From Candidatus Fraserbacteria bacterium (GTDB lineage: Bacteria > Bipolaricaulota > Bipolaricaulia > RBG-16-55-9 > JANLFV01), in contig JBBIJD010000007.1 in the NCBI GenBank assembly GCA_037446135.1, positions 8,281 to 24,490 of the forward strand: a stretch of 16,210 nt of DNA, written 5' to 3'. The notes beneath the pieces were generated by a model, which was not told the DNA's origin, ran no database searches, and worked only from the letters and a program-made list of their open reading frames with translations. Position 1 is the stretch's first letter, and every line of letters starts with the position of its first letter. A program made the position numbers and the translations under genes. Below, one piece after another: positions 1-7,820 of this stretch.

Positions 1-1
1 T

Positions 2-285
2 AAGCATGTTACCCCTCATATGATCCGGCAGGGAGGGGGCAAGATCATTAATATGGCCGCTGATGTCGGCTTGATGGGCGGTATCGGCTATGGCTTAGGC
101 CTGTAGAGACGGGTTGGATTGCTGCTTTGCCAGAGGATGAGCGAGAGAAATTAAGGCAACAGATTCTTTTGAAGAGATGGGCCTAACCCGAAGATATAGC
201 AAGAGCAGCCCTCTTTTTGGCTTCCAGCGATGCTGCCCTTATAACTGGCCAAGTGTTGGTAGTTGCCAGCTGGGTCCCCATCTAA
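2..285 (+). pseudogene. Degraded short-chain dehydrogenase/reductase (SDR), 3' part
   Basis: Frame +2 reads KHVTPHMIRQGGGKIINMAA...* (TAG 104-106). Frame +1 reads PVETGW...KRWA*PEDIARAALFLASSDAALITGQVLVV...* (internal TAA 184-186, final TAA 283-285). These are typical SDR motifs, but with a frameshift, an internal stop and no intact YxxxK segment. Confidence 0.8.
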
Positions 286-318
286 AAGCCGCGATCGCTG
301 TATGGTGAAGGGGCAAGG

Positions 319-1089
319 ATGGAATTCAAGCGGCTCGGACGGACCGACTTGATGGTCTCCAGGCTCTCGTTCGGCACAGGCCCATTAGAGGACCTTAAGC
401 CGAAGGTCGGGGGCGAACTGCTTGTCAAAGCATTCAATCTCGGGATAAATCTCTGGGACGGCTCTTCCGACTACGGGACCTATCCCCATATGCGTTATGC
501 CCTCGAGCATATTCCAAGGGATCGAGTAATAGTCGTCACTAAGACCTATGCGGAAAGCGATGAGCAGGCCGAGCGGGATGTCACAGCAGCCTTGAAAGAA
601 TTAGGGACGGACTATATTGATATACTGCTGCTACATTACACTCGTCCAGAGTGGCTGGGCCAGCCGCCGCGTCTGCCAAGGGCCTTGTTAGATGAGAAGA
701 GGTCCGGACGAGTCCGCGTCGTTGGGCTCTCGACCCATTCGGTGGCCACGGCCCGCCTTGCCGCGGAGATGCCTGAGGTAGAAGTAGTGGAAACGATCGT
801 CAACCGCACCGGCAAGTTCTACTCATATCGCAGGACTGTCGAGGAGATCGAGGACGGCTCCATCGAGGAGATGCTAGAGGCTTTGGGAGCTCTCCATGCT
901 GGGGGCAAAGGCATCATCGCCATGAAGGTCCTGGGGAGTGGGCTCCTGAGCGACGAACCCGCTAGTGCGCTCGCCTTCGTAGTGGCGCTCCCTGAAGTTG
1001 ATACTCTATGCATCGGCATGAGATCATGGGACGAGATCCAAGCGAATGTTCGAGCTATTCTGGGAACGGGGAAAGGGAATGTCATATGA
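319..1089 (+). CDS. Aldo/keto reductase
   Basis: N-terminal LGRTDLMVSRLSFGT. Catalytic tetrad candidates are D (WDGS), Y (DYG), K (VTK) and H (LLLH). Also has LGTDYID and AMKVLGSG motifs. Confidence 0.93.
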   Translation: MEFKRLGRTDLMVSRLSFGTGPLEDLKPKVGGELLVKAFNLGINLWDGSSDYGTYPHMRYALEHIPRDRVIVVTKTYAESDEQAERDVTAALKELGTDYIDILLLHYTRPEWLGQPPRLPRALLDEKRSGRVRVVGLSTHSVATARLAAEMPEVEVVETIVNRTGKFYSYRRTVEEIEDGSIEEMLEALGALHAGGKGIIAMKVLGSGLLSDEPASALAFVVALPEVDTLCIGMRSWDEIQANVRAILGTGKGNVI

Positions 1090-1817
1090 AGACCGATTAT
1101 CAGGGTTTGGCCGATGAGCATCTCCGCGTAGCTAAACAGGTGGCAGAAGAATTGCAGTTGAACGAAGATGTAGTCGGCTGCGCGGTCCAGGGGAGCGTTG
1201 CGCGGGGCGAGGTCCACCCCAAGTCTGATATCGACCTGCTGGTCTTGGTCAAGGGGAACGGCATATATCAGTGGGAGAGGAGGATTGTTCAAAATATCAT
1301 GGTGAACCTAGCCTTGCGTTCCCAAGATGTCCTTGAGGGGATGGCCAAGGATGAGCCCTATACCATCTGGGGCTTGCAGGAGGCTAGGATTCTCTATGAT
1401 CCCCAGGGCATCCTGCAAGCCCTTAAGGGCGAAGCGAAGATGACACCAGAAGTGGAGGAGGAGTTCCTCGGGGATCTCTTGGATGAGGCCCGGTCCTTGA
1501 TCGGGAAGGCCGAGAGGGCATTGGATGAGGGCGATCTCGAAACGAGCCTGCTCTGGCTGAGACGGGGTGCGATGGAGCTCGCCGAGCTCCTGTTCTATAG
1601 GGAAAAGGGAAGGAGAATCAACCTATTGCACTTCTGGCGGGAGATTCAGGGTCTCTCATCCCCACCTAGGTTTAAGGATCTCTTCGCCCAAGTTCAGGGA
1701 TTTGAAGCCGTGGGGGAGGCCCAGCTGGCCGAGATGCTCGAAAGGCTTGAAGCCTTCCTTCCGGAACCGAGTAACGGAATAACCGATAATCCTCTTCGCA
1801 CAGAAACCATTAAATGA
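1086..1817 (+). CDS. Pol-beta superfamily nucleotidyltransferase with C-terminal helical bundle (KNTase-like architecture)
   Basis: GSVARG...SDIDLLV signature and a helical C-terminal half. The ATG at 1086 overlaps the AKR stop (ATGA), so it is preferred over the ORF-track start at 1008. Confidence 0.85.
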   Translation: MKTDYQGLADEHLRVAKQVAEELQLNEDVVGCAVQGSVARGEVHPKSDIDLLVLVKGNGIYQWERRIVQNIMVNLALRSQDVLEGMAKDEPYTIWGLQEARILYDPQGILQALKGEAKMTPEVEEEFLGDLLDEARSLIGKAERALDEGDLETSLLWLRRGAMELAELLFYREKGRRINLLHFWREIQGLSSPPRFKDLFAQVQGFEAVGEAQLAEMLERLEAFLPEPSNGITDNPLRTETIK

Positions 1818-1848
1818 GGAAGCATCTCTCGATGCTGAAGGAGAAATT

Positions 1849-2112
1849 ATGGCAGATGTAAGAGTAGAAGTGATCAGGGTTCGAGGAGTCTGTAACGCTG
1901 AACTTAAGAAGGGCGATACGTTTCTAGTGAGAGGGCTGCGTATCGTCCCACAGGGGAATGAGAAGGCATGTCAGGTCGCCTTCGGCTCGATCATTGCGAA
2001 TATCGGAAGATTGGGACTATCAAGGGGCCCGATCTATATCTCCTGTCCGGACCCGGGCACAGGTGAGGGCGGAAATGTCGTCTTCAGGATCTCCATGATG
2101 GAAGAACCATGA
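1849..2112 (+). CDS. TIGR04076-like small Cys-motif protein
   Basis: AAGGAG RBS. Pattern V-x-V..G-x-C...KGD-x-F...C-x-x-A...SCPDP...VVFRI matches my recollection of this family. Confidence 0.75.
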   Translation: MADVRVEVIRVRGVCNAELKKGDTFLVRGLRIVPQGNEKACQVAFGSIIANIGRLGLSRGPIYISCPDPGTGEGGNVVFRISMMEEP

Positions 2113-2552
2113 GGACGATCAACATCAGGCCGGTGGAGATCATCGGAAGGTGTCCGGCTGGTCTGACACTAGAGGATGAGTTCCAGATCAAGGGCATGAG
2201 GCTGGAGAACCCCAAGGGGAGTAACCTCTGTTTCCTCGCCCTCAGTCACTTCCCGATGATGATCTGGCAGCTCCAGAGCGAGAGCCGTTTCTTCTCGCAC
2301 GCCTCTTGTCCTGGCTGCATTATGCGATTGGACCGAGAGAACCGAGTAGTGTTTCTACTCGGGCACGCAGACAAATGGGAACTATGCCAAGTCATTTCGG
2401 AATATCGCCGATTATGCCGGGAGCGCAAAGAGCCGGAAACGGCGAGGCGATTGAAGACGGACGCGATTGAGTATCAGAATCGGGGTGATTATGCCAAGGC
2501 CCTTCAGAGGATGAGGGCAGCGCTGGAAGAGCTGAAGCGAATCGCCACCTGA
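2109..2552 (+). CDS. TIGR04076-like protein with C-terminal helical extension
   Basis: ATGA overlap with the upstream gene. Same Cys spacing (C15, C41, C67) plus a CPGC motif, followed by about 60 aa of helical tail. Confidence 0.7.
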   Translation: MRTINIRPVEIIGRCPAGLTLEDEFQIKGMRLENPKGSNLCFLALSHFPMMIWQLQSESRFFSHASCPGCIMRLDRENRVVFLLGHADKWELCQVISEYRRLCRERKEPETARRLKTDAIEYQNRGDYAKALQRMRAALEELKRIAT

Positions 2553-2560
2553 CTTGTCCG

Positions 2561-2756
2561 TGGGAAGCGGCCGCAGCCTTCCTCGCAGTGACGAAGATCC
2601 GCCGGGTAGAGGTGGCACTGTTGTTCGTAGTATCGGATCAGCTCGGGGAGGGTTGGAAGCCCTCTTTCTTCTCAGAGGAAGTGGACACGAGCCTCAAGAG
2701 AGGTCCGGATCGCCCTGGAGGCGATCAATTTAAGGAAGGCGGGAGACTGGAGATGA
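2561..2756 (+). pseudogene. C-terminal remnant of a nucleoside phosphorylase (PNP/UDP family)
   Basis: Reads WEAAAAFLAVTKIRRVEVALLFVVSDQLGEGWKPSFFSEEVDTSLKR, then after a frameshift near 2700 VRIALEAINLRKAGDWR*. This resembles the ME-x-AA...VSD...IALEA end of nucleoside phosphorylases. Its TGA (2754-2756) overlaps the next ATG. Confidence 0.6.
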
Positions 2757-3730
2757 GAGGGACTTTTCCACTAAACAAGATTACTACAATTAGGCTCTTC
2801 CCCGAGCCGCCGTTCCACTTCGACGGCACGGTCTTCAACCCTGGACACTTTCCAAGTAAGGATTACCATCGGGAGCCTGGACACTACTGGCAGACCTTGC
2901 GGTGGAAGGGCAAAACCTACGGTCTCCGGCTCCGCGACCTGGGGAGCATCGAGAAGCCCGAGATCGAGCTGACCATCTTCGCCGAGGACGGGATCTCACA
3001 GACCATTGCTGAAGAGATCGCCCGAGAGGTCCGCTGGAGGTTTGACCTGGATAGCGTCGGCGTCCCGGAATTTGTGAATCGCTTTTGGCAAGATGAACAC
3101 CTCGGCCCGGCCATCCGGCGCCGCCCCGGGATGCGCCCCAAGAGCGGCTGCTCCCTCTACGAGTTCCTGGTGATCACGGTCATGCTCCAAAACACTGTAG
3201 TTCGCCGCTCCGTGGCGATGCTGCAGGCCCTCTTCGAGCAGTTCGGCCAGCTCGTCTCCTTCGAGGGCCAGCAGCTCTGGGCCTTCTGGGACCCGGAGAG
3301 TATCCACCGAGCCACAGAGGAGGAACTGCGGGCGCTCAAGCTCAGCTACCGCGCAAGGACCCTGAAACGGCAGGCGGAACAGTTCGTGCAGGGCAAGATC
3401 AATGAACCGGGATTGAGAAAGATTCGAGACAAAGAGGCTCTCATCAAGATGCTCGACCGGATCTATGGTGCCGGCTCCCAGTCCGCCTGCTACATACTCT
3501 TTGAGTACTTCCACTTCTATGATGCTTTGGAATATATTCCTCCTTGGGAGGGGAAGATCGTGGGGCGGGTCCTGTTCGGGCAAGAGGTGCCCTCCGAGCA
3601 GATTCAGGGGTTTCTCGCCGAACGTTACGGGGAGTTCCGGCAGCTTGCCTTCTACTATCTGCTGACGGACCTCTTCTGGCAACACCGGGAGGAGCCGATC
3701 CCCTGGCTTGCGGAGCTGCTCCGGCTTTAA
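2753..3730 (+). CDS. HhH-GPD superfamily DNA glycosylase homolog (AlkA/OGG1-like)
   Basis: Motifs YEFLVITVMLQN, EEELRALKLSYRARTL and HhH-like LDRIYGAGSQSA. ATG at 2753 has upstream GGAG; the ORF-track extension to 2588 is the pseudogene remnant. Confidence 0.8.
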   Translation: MRGTFPLNKITTIRLFPEPPFHFDGTVFNPGHFPSKDYHREPGHYWQTLRWKGKTYGLRLRDLGSIEKPEIELTIFAEDGISQTIAEEIAREVRWRFDLDSVGVPEFVNRFWQDEHLGPAIRRRPGMRPKSGCSLYEFLVITVMLQNTVVRRSVAMLQALFEQFGQLVSFEGQQLWAFWDPESIHRATEEELRALKLSYRARTLKRQAEQFVQGKINEPGLRKIRDKEALIKMLDRIYGAGSQSACYILFEYFHFYDALEYIPPWEGKIVGRVLFGQEVPSEQIQGFLAERYGEFRQLAFYYLLTDLFWQHREEPIPWLAELLRL

Positions 3731-3785
3731 TTCTCCCGATCGGAGAAAGGAGGGAGCGCAATGGAAGGAAAGAGCAAGGAAAGGG

Positions 3786-4694
3786 GTGTTCCAATTGCCG
3801 CGGCTTGAATTCCGGGTGAGCCTGCCCTTGAACCTCTACTACCATCTCCAGCTGAGCTGCGGCACCAATCCCCATCTCAAGAATGAGAGCTATCAGCGAG
3901 AATTCTCCCCTATGGTCCCGAAGGAGGCGTGCTGGGAGTTCTACTTTGCTCAGGATCGGTATTGGTTCACTCAGAGGTTCTTCATCGAGGCCTTGGGCCG
4001 GGCTCAAGATCTAGCCTCGCTGGAGGAGGGCTTCACCAGGAGGTTTGAGGGGTATGTCAAAGCAGAGCTGCTCCCCGAGCTGGCCGAGATCCTGAAGGAA
4101 GCTTACAGCTCCTATGAGCCCTACTGGCAGAAGAGATATCCTGAGCTAGAGAGGACAAGAGAGGAAATCGAGGCCCGCTGGCGGGAGTGCGAAGAGGAGG
4201 TCTTCACCAAGATCGAGGAGCTGGCCAAGCTCGATTGGAAAAGCGAGCTTTACACGGTGCATTTGGTGGACTCCCTAAGCTACGGCGGGCTCGTATTCGG
4301 TGAAGGGCACTATGCCATCGGGGCCTGCGACTGCAAGACCTTCCTACACATCCTGATCCATGAGCTCATCCACGACAACATCAAGCCCGCCCTCCACAGG
4401 GTCCATGTAGAGCTTGAGCTCTCGCAGGCCCAAGAGGAGGCGCTCGATGAGACCTTCGCCAAGCTGATCGAGCTGGAGGTGACCAAGGCCGTGACCCCCT
4501 GGGCTGAGGAGCCCCTGGAGCAGAAGAGGGAAGAGGCCCGGGGAGAGGGCTTTCTCGAGTTCTTCGAGGCCGTGCTCGGCGATTGGCCGGGCTACCTTGA
4601 GAAGATAGAAACCTACTTGGACATAGGGGCCTTCATGATGGAGGAGGCGCTCAAGAGGGAGCAGGAGCTGGAGCTTGCCAGGCCCCAGCTTTGA
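3786..4694 (+). CDS. Hypothetical protein with HEXXH motif (putative zinc metallopeptidase)
   Basis: ILIHELIH with a downstream acidic helix (EEALDETFA) as a possible third ligand. Start is uncertain; GTG at 3786 follows AAGGA. Confidence 0.6.
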   Translation: MFQLPRLEFRVSLPLNLYYHLQLSCGTNPHLKNESYQREFSPMVPKEACWEFYFAQDRYWFTQRFFIEALGRAQDLASLEEGFTRRFEGYVKAELLPELAEILKEAYSSYEPYWQKRYPELERTREEIEARWRECEEEVFTKIEELAKLDWKSELYTVHLVDSLSYGGLVFGEGHYAIGACDCKTFLHILIHELIHDNIKPALHRVHVELELSQAQEEALDETFAKLIELEVTKAVTPWAEEPLEQKREEARGEGFLEFFEAVLGDWPGYLEKIETYLDIGAFMMEEALKREQELELARPQL

Positions 4695-5218
4695 GCCAAA
4701 TGGGCGAGAATTGCTCCATCAGAAGGGCAGCGAAAGGGGACCTTAGTGAGGTCCTGGCCGTGATCAACACCACCAACAGGCTGTTCTACAAGGAAATCGT
4801 CCCTCCAGAGAGGTTCAAGGACCCTTTCCTGAGCGATGAGGAGCTATGTCGAGAATTTGAGCGGAAGGATTTCTATGTCGTTGAGCTTGAGGGGCGGATA
4901 GTCGGGGTGGCGGCTCTCGAGACCTCAGCGACCCGCCTCGGCTTAGTCGGGGTCGTGACCAGGATGTATGTCCTCCCTCAAGTCCAGCGGAGGGGGATCG
5001 GCAGGGCCTTGATCTCTAGGATCGAGGGCGCCGCTAGAGAGCGGGGCCTCGGGGAGATCCTGATCTGGACCGATCCCAAGGCCCAGTGGGCCGTCTCGTT
5101 CTACAAGAAGTTGGGCTACCACGAGATCGAGCCTGCGGTCCGCTACGGGGATGAGGCCATCGATTCTCGGCTCGCAAAGCACGGGAAGGAGTTGCTGGTC
5201 CTGCGGAAGGGATTATAA
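4691..5218 (+). CDS. GNAT family N-acetyltransferase
   Basis: Motif A MYVLPQVQRRGIGRAL and motif B AVSFYKKLGY. TTG start overlaps the upstream stop; ATG at 4700 is an alternative. Confidence 0.93.
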   Translation: MSQMGENCSIRRAAKGDLSEVLAVINTTNRLFYKEIVPPERFKDPFLSDEELCREFERKDFYVVELEGRIVGVAALETSATRLGLVGVVTRMYVLPQVQRRGIGRALISRIEGAARERGLGEILIWTDPKAQWAVSFYKKLGYHEIEPAVRYGDEAIDSRLAKHGKELLVLRKGL

Positions 5219-5219
5219 T
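5192..5219 (+). promoter_or_regulatory. Possible sigma70 promoter for the methyltransferase gene
   Basis: TTGCTG (5192-5197), 16 bp spacer, TATAAT (5214-5219), 25 bp before the ATG at 5245. Confidence 0.4.
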
Positions 5220-5244
5220 CCTAAGAGCGGAAGGGACGGGATGG

Positions 5245-6021
5245 ATGAGCAAGGACCTCAAGTGCGATTACAAGGAGCTAGCCCCATCTTATGATCGCTA
5301 TCGGGACCTCTCGCCAGATGTGCTTGAGAGTTGGCTGGCCGTGCTCATCCGCTGGGGGAGGCTCTCTCCTGGGATGAGGGTCCTCGATATCGGTTGTGGG
5401 ACGGGCCGGCTGACGATCCCCCTCCAGAGACAGACCGGGGCCGAGGTCTGGGGCCTCGACCTCTCAAAGGAGATGCTGGAACAGGCCAAGAATAAAAAGG
5501 GAGCCGAGGCTCTCCATTGGGTCTTGGGGGATGCCCAGGCCCTCCCCTTCCCTGGGGAGTCCTTCGATTTCGCCTTCATGTGCTTGGTCCTCCACCACCT
5601 CGAGGATAAGGCCCGAGCGCTCGCTGAGATGGCGCGTGTCCTCAAGCCTGGCGGGAGGGGCCTGATTTGGACCGTCTCCCACCAGCAGATCCAGGAATCT
5701 CTGCTGAACGAATTCTTTCCCAGCCTGGCGAGGCTCGATCTGGCAAGGTTCCCCCCGATCCAGACCATCGAGACCCAGATGAGGGCCGCGGGGTTTGCTG
5801 CCATCTGGGTCGAGCCGATCTCATTTCAGGAACGGCTCCCGGTGAGCCACTACATCGAGAAGGTGCGGAATAAGTATATCTCGACCTTGAGCCTACTCAG
5901 CCCGGAAGAATTCTCCGCCGGACTGGCGCGGCTGAAGCGAGTCCTGCCGGCGAGATATGGCCATGAGCTGGTCCGGGACCAGCAGTTCACGATCATCGTC
6001 GGCGAGAGGCTAGATATATAG
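5245..6021 (+). CDS. Class I SAM-dependent methyltransferase
   Basis: Motifs VLDIGCGTG, GLDLSKEML, GDAQALPFPGESFD and RVLKPGG. Confidence 0.95.
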   Translation: MSKDLKCDYKELAPSYDRYRDLSPDVLESWLAVLIRWGRLSPGMRVLDIGCGTGRLTIPLQRQTGAEVWGLDLSKEMLEQAKNKKGAEALHWVLGDAQALPFPGESFDFAFMCLVLHHLEDKARALAEMARVLKPGGRGLIWTVSHQQIQESLLNEFFPSLARLDLARFPPIQTIETQMRAAGFAAIWVEPISFQERLPVSHYIEKVRNKYISTLSLLSPEEFSAGLARLKRVLPARYGHELVRDQQFTIIVGERLDI

Positions 6022-6777
6022 CCGGTGGGGATCGATCTCCTCCCGGAGAGCTGCAAGCTCTTCTCGAGTCGGGGGCTCAGTCTGCTCAACCTTCTCGGGG
6101 ATGATCAGCTCGAAGCCGGTGTTCTCGACCACCTGTTCCACCGTCACTCCGGTATGGACCGCCAAAAGCTTCATCCTCTTGGTCTTCCCATCATACCCGA
6201 GGAGGGCCAGATCCGAGACCACCCGATAGGGCCCGGTCCCCGCTGGAAGGCCGGCCCGCTCCCGCCCTCCCGGGCCGTCTAAGTAGCCGGGAGTGGTGAT
6301 AAAGTCGACCTTTTCCACGAACCTTCGCTTGTCATGCTTCATGATCGCGATCGTCTTCCAGCAGAGGCTCCCCACATCGTTCGCCCCGCCGGAGCCAGGC
6401 AGTCTGACTTTAGGCCGATCATGGTCCCCGATGACGGTGCTGTTCAGGTTCCCGTAGGGATCGATCTGAGCCCCGCCGAGGAAGCCGTATTCGATCAGTC
6501 CCCGGGTCGCGGTCTCCATCACATCGCAGATCCCCGCGGCCATGAGGGCCTTGTGGAAGGTCCGGATGTCCCCGACCCCGAGGGGGAGGTCCTCCAAGGA
6601 TGCTCCGATCCCCCCGAACTCGAAGATCGGGACCAGGTTCGGGGCATAGAGTCGCTTAGCTAAGGCGGCGGCCAGCATCGGTATCCCCGTCCCGATGAAG
6701 GCCCCGGTCCCGTCCTCTATCAGCCTAGCGGCGACGCAGATCATCAATTCGGTCGAGCTGTAAGCTCTCTCAGCCAT
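6010..6777 (-). CDS. Family I CoA-transferase beta subunit (GctB/PcaJ-like)
   Basis: Motifs FIGTGIP, IFEFGG (catalytic Glu position), GFLGGAQIDPYGNLN, RLPGSGGAND and FVEKVDFITTPG. GGAGGTGA RBS precedes the ATG at 6777. Confidence 0.92.
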   Translation of the reverse strand: MAERAYSSTELMICVAARLIEDGTGAFIGTGIPMLAAALAKRLYAPNLVPIFEFGGIGASLEDLPLGVGDIRTFHKALMAAGICDVMETATRGLIEYGFLGGAQIDPYGNLNSTVIGDHDRPKVRLPGSGGANDVGSLCWKTIAIMKHDKRRFVEKVDFITTPGYLDGPGGRERAGLPAGTGPYRVVSDLALLGYDGKTKRMKLLAVHTGVTVEQVVENTGFELIIPEKVEQTEPPTREELAALREEIDPHRLYI

Positions 6778-6782
6778 TCGGT

Positions 6783-7754
6783 TCACCTCCCCTTCGCCAG
6801 CCGATGGAGCTCCTCCAGCCGCTCCTGGCCGATGAGCTGGAGATACTCCTGATGGTCCTTGACCCCGTAGACATACTTGTCCAGGTAGGCCCGAGTCCCC
6901 TCCTCGGTCTTGGAGGCCTCCAAGAACTCCTGGAGGTGCTCCCGGTCCCGGTCATACATGTAGGCCATATCCCCGGGATGGGAGCCGAACGGGGCATGGA
7001 CCACGGCGTCGACGAGGAAGTAGGGTATGACCGTCCGGTCGGGGTAGCGGCGGATCTCCTCGGTGTCGATGATCTCCTCCGCGGAGATGATGAGCCGCTT
7101 CGAGGCCCGGGCCATCTCGAGGGCGAACCCGCTGATCCCGTCGATCTGGCAGTTCCCGTAGCGATCGGCCCGGTGGACATGGATGATCCCGACATCGAGG
7201 ATCAAAGCCGGGAGAAGGGTCAATTTCAGCCCGGTGAAGGGGCATCTTGCGGCCTTGGCCGCGCTATACTTGAATGTATCGGTCCCGAGCATCGACCTCA
7301 CCGGGAGGAAGGGGACTCCCATGGCCGCGGCCTTGAACCTCCAGGCCATCGCGGCATTGGACCACTCCACGATCCTGACCTTCCCGCTCTCGGCCGCCCG
7401 TCTCAGGATGTTCGAGAGCCCATGGACCTCATACCCGATGTAGGTGAGATCGAGCTTCTCCACCAGCCCAGCGGCAATCAATAGGTCCAGCTCGTTCAGT
7501 CCCTGGCCGGCGAGCCTCAAGCCCTTCTTGCCCTGGCGGACGATCTCCCGCGAGATGGACATCGGGCAGCGGACGGTCCCATAGAGCTCGAACCCGATGT
7601 AGTCCCCGTCGTGGACGAACCGCTCCACCGCCTCATGCTCGGTCATGAGCTTGTCTTTTAAAGCCATCGACTTATTCTCCCGCAAGAAGCGGCGGAAGCC
7701 CTCGACATCTGGCGGCTGGATCAGCTCCCCTCGGCCCTCTTCCAAGACCTCCAT
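6783..7754 (-). CDS. Family I CoA-transferase alpha subunit (GctA/PcaI-like)
   Basis: Motifs EAVERFVHDGD, AAAMGVPFLP, IHVHRADRYGN and VDAVVHAPFGSHP. GGAGGTGA RBS present. Confidence 0.92.
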   Translation of the reverse strand: MEVLEEGRGELIQPPDVEGFRRFLRENKSMALKDKLMTEHEAVERFVHDGDYIGFELYGTVRCPMSISREIVRQGKKGLRLAGQGLNELDLLIAAGLVEKLDLTYIGYEVHGLSNILRRAAESGKVRIVEWSNAAMAWRFKAAAMGVPFLPVRSMLGTDTFKYSAAKAARCPFTGLKLTLLPALILDVGIIHVHRADRYGNCQIDGISGFALEMARASKRLIISAEEIIDTEEIRRYPDRTVIPYFLVDAVVHAPFGSHPGDMAYMYDRDREHLQEFLEASKTEEGTRAYLDKYVYGVKDHQEYLQLIGQERLEELHRLAKGR

Positions 7755-7777
7755 GCTCGGCTCACCTCCGCGGGAGG

Positions 7778-7807
7778 ATAATAACTGTCGCAGCGGGCCC
7801 CGGGCAA
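7778..7807 (-). promoter_or_regulatory. Possible internal promoter for the CoA-transferase genes
   Basis: Minus strand TTGCCC, 18 bp spacer, TATTAT, in the gap between pheT and the alpha-subunit gene. Confidence 0.4.
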
Positions 7808-7820
7808 GTCTCGCTTTGCT

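Noticed and set aside
1008..1085. Longer start for the nucleotidyltransferase
   Set aside because: It overlaps the AKR coding region. The ATGA-coupled start at 1086 is more plausible.
1086..2112. MNT-HEPN toxin-antitoxin or CBASS-type defence system
   Set aside because: No HEPN RxxxxH partner, CD-NTase features or effector genes are visible.
2588..2752. ORF-track N-terminal extension of the glycosylase
   Set aside because: Better explained as a frameshifted nucleoside phosphorylase remnant.
286..6021. Integron cassette array
   Set aside because: Genes overlap or have very short spacers, and I found no repeated attC-like sites or integrase.
6804..7484. Long antisense ORFs (this one and others such as 2996-3685, 8211-8777, 10515-11252 and 14543-15160)
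   Set aside because: Shadow frames of well-supported genes in GC-rich DNA, with no recognisable motifs.
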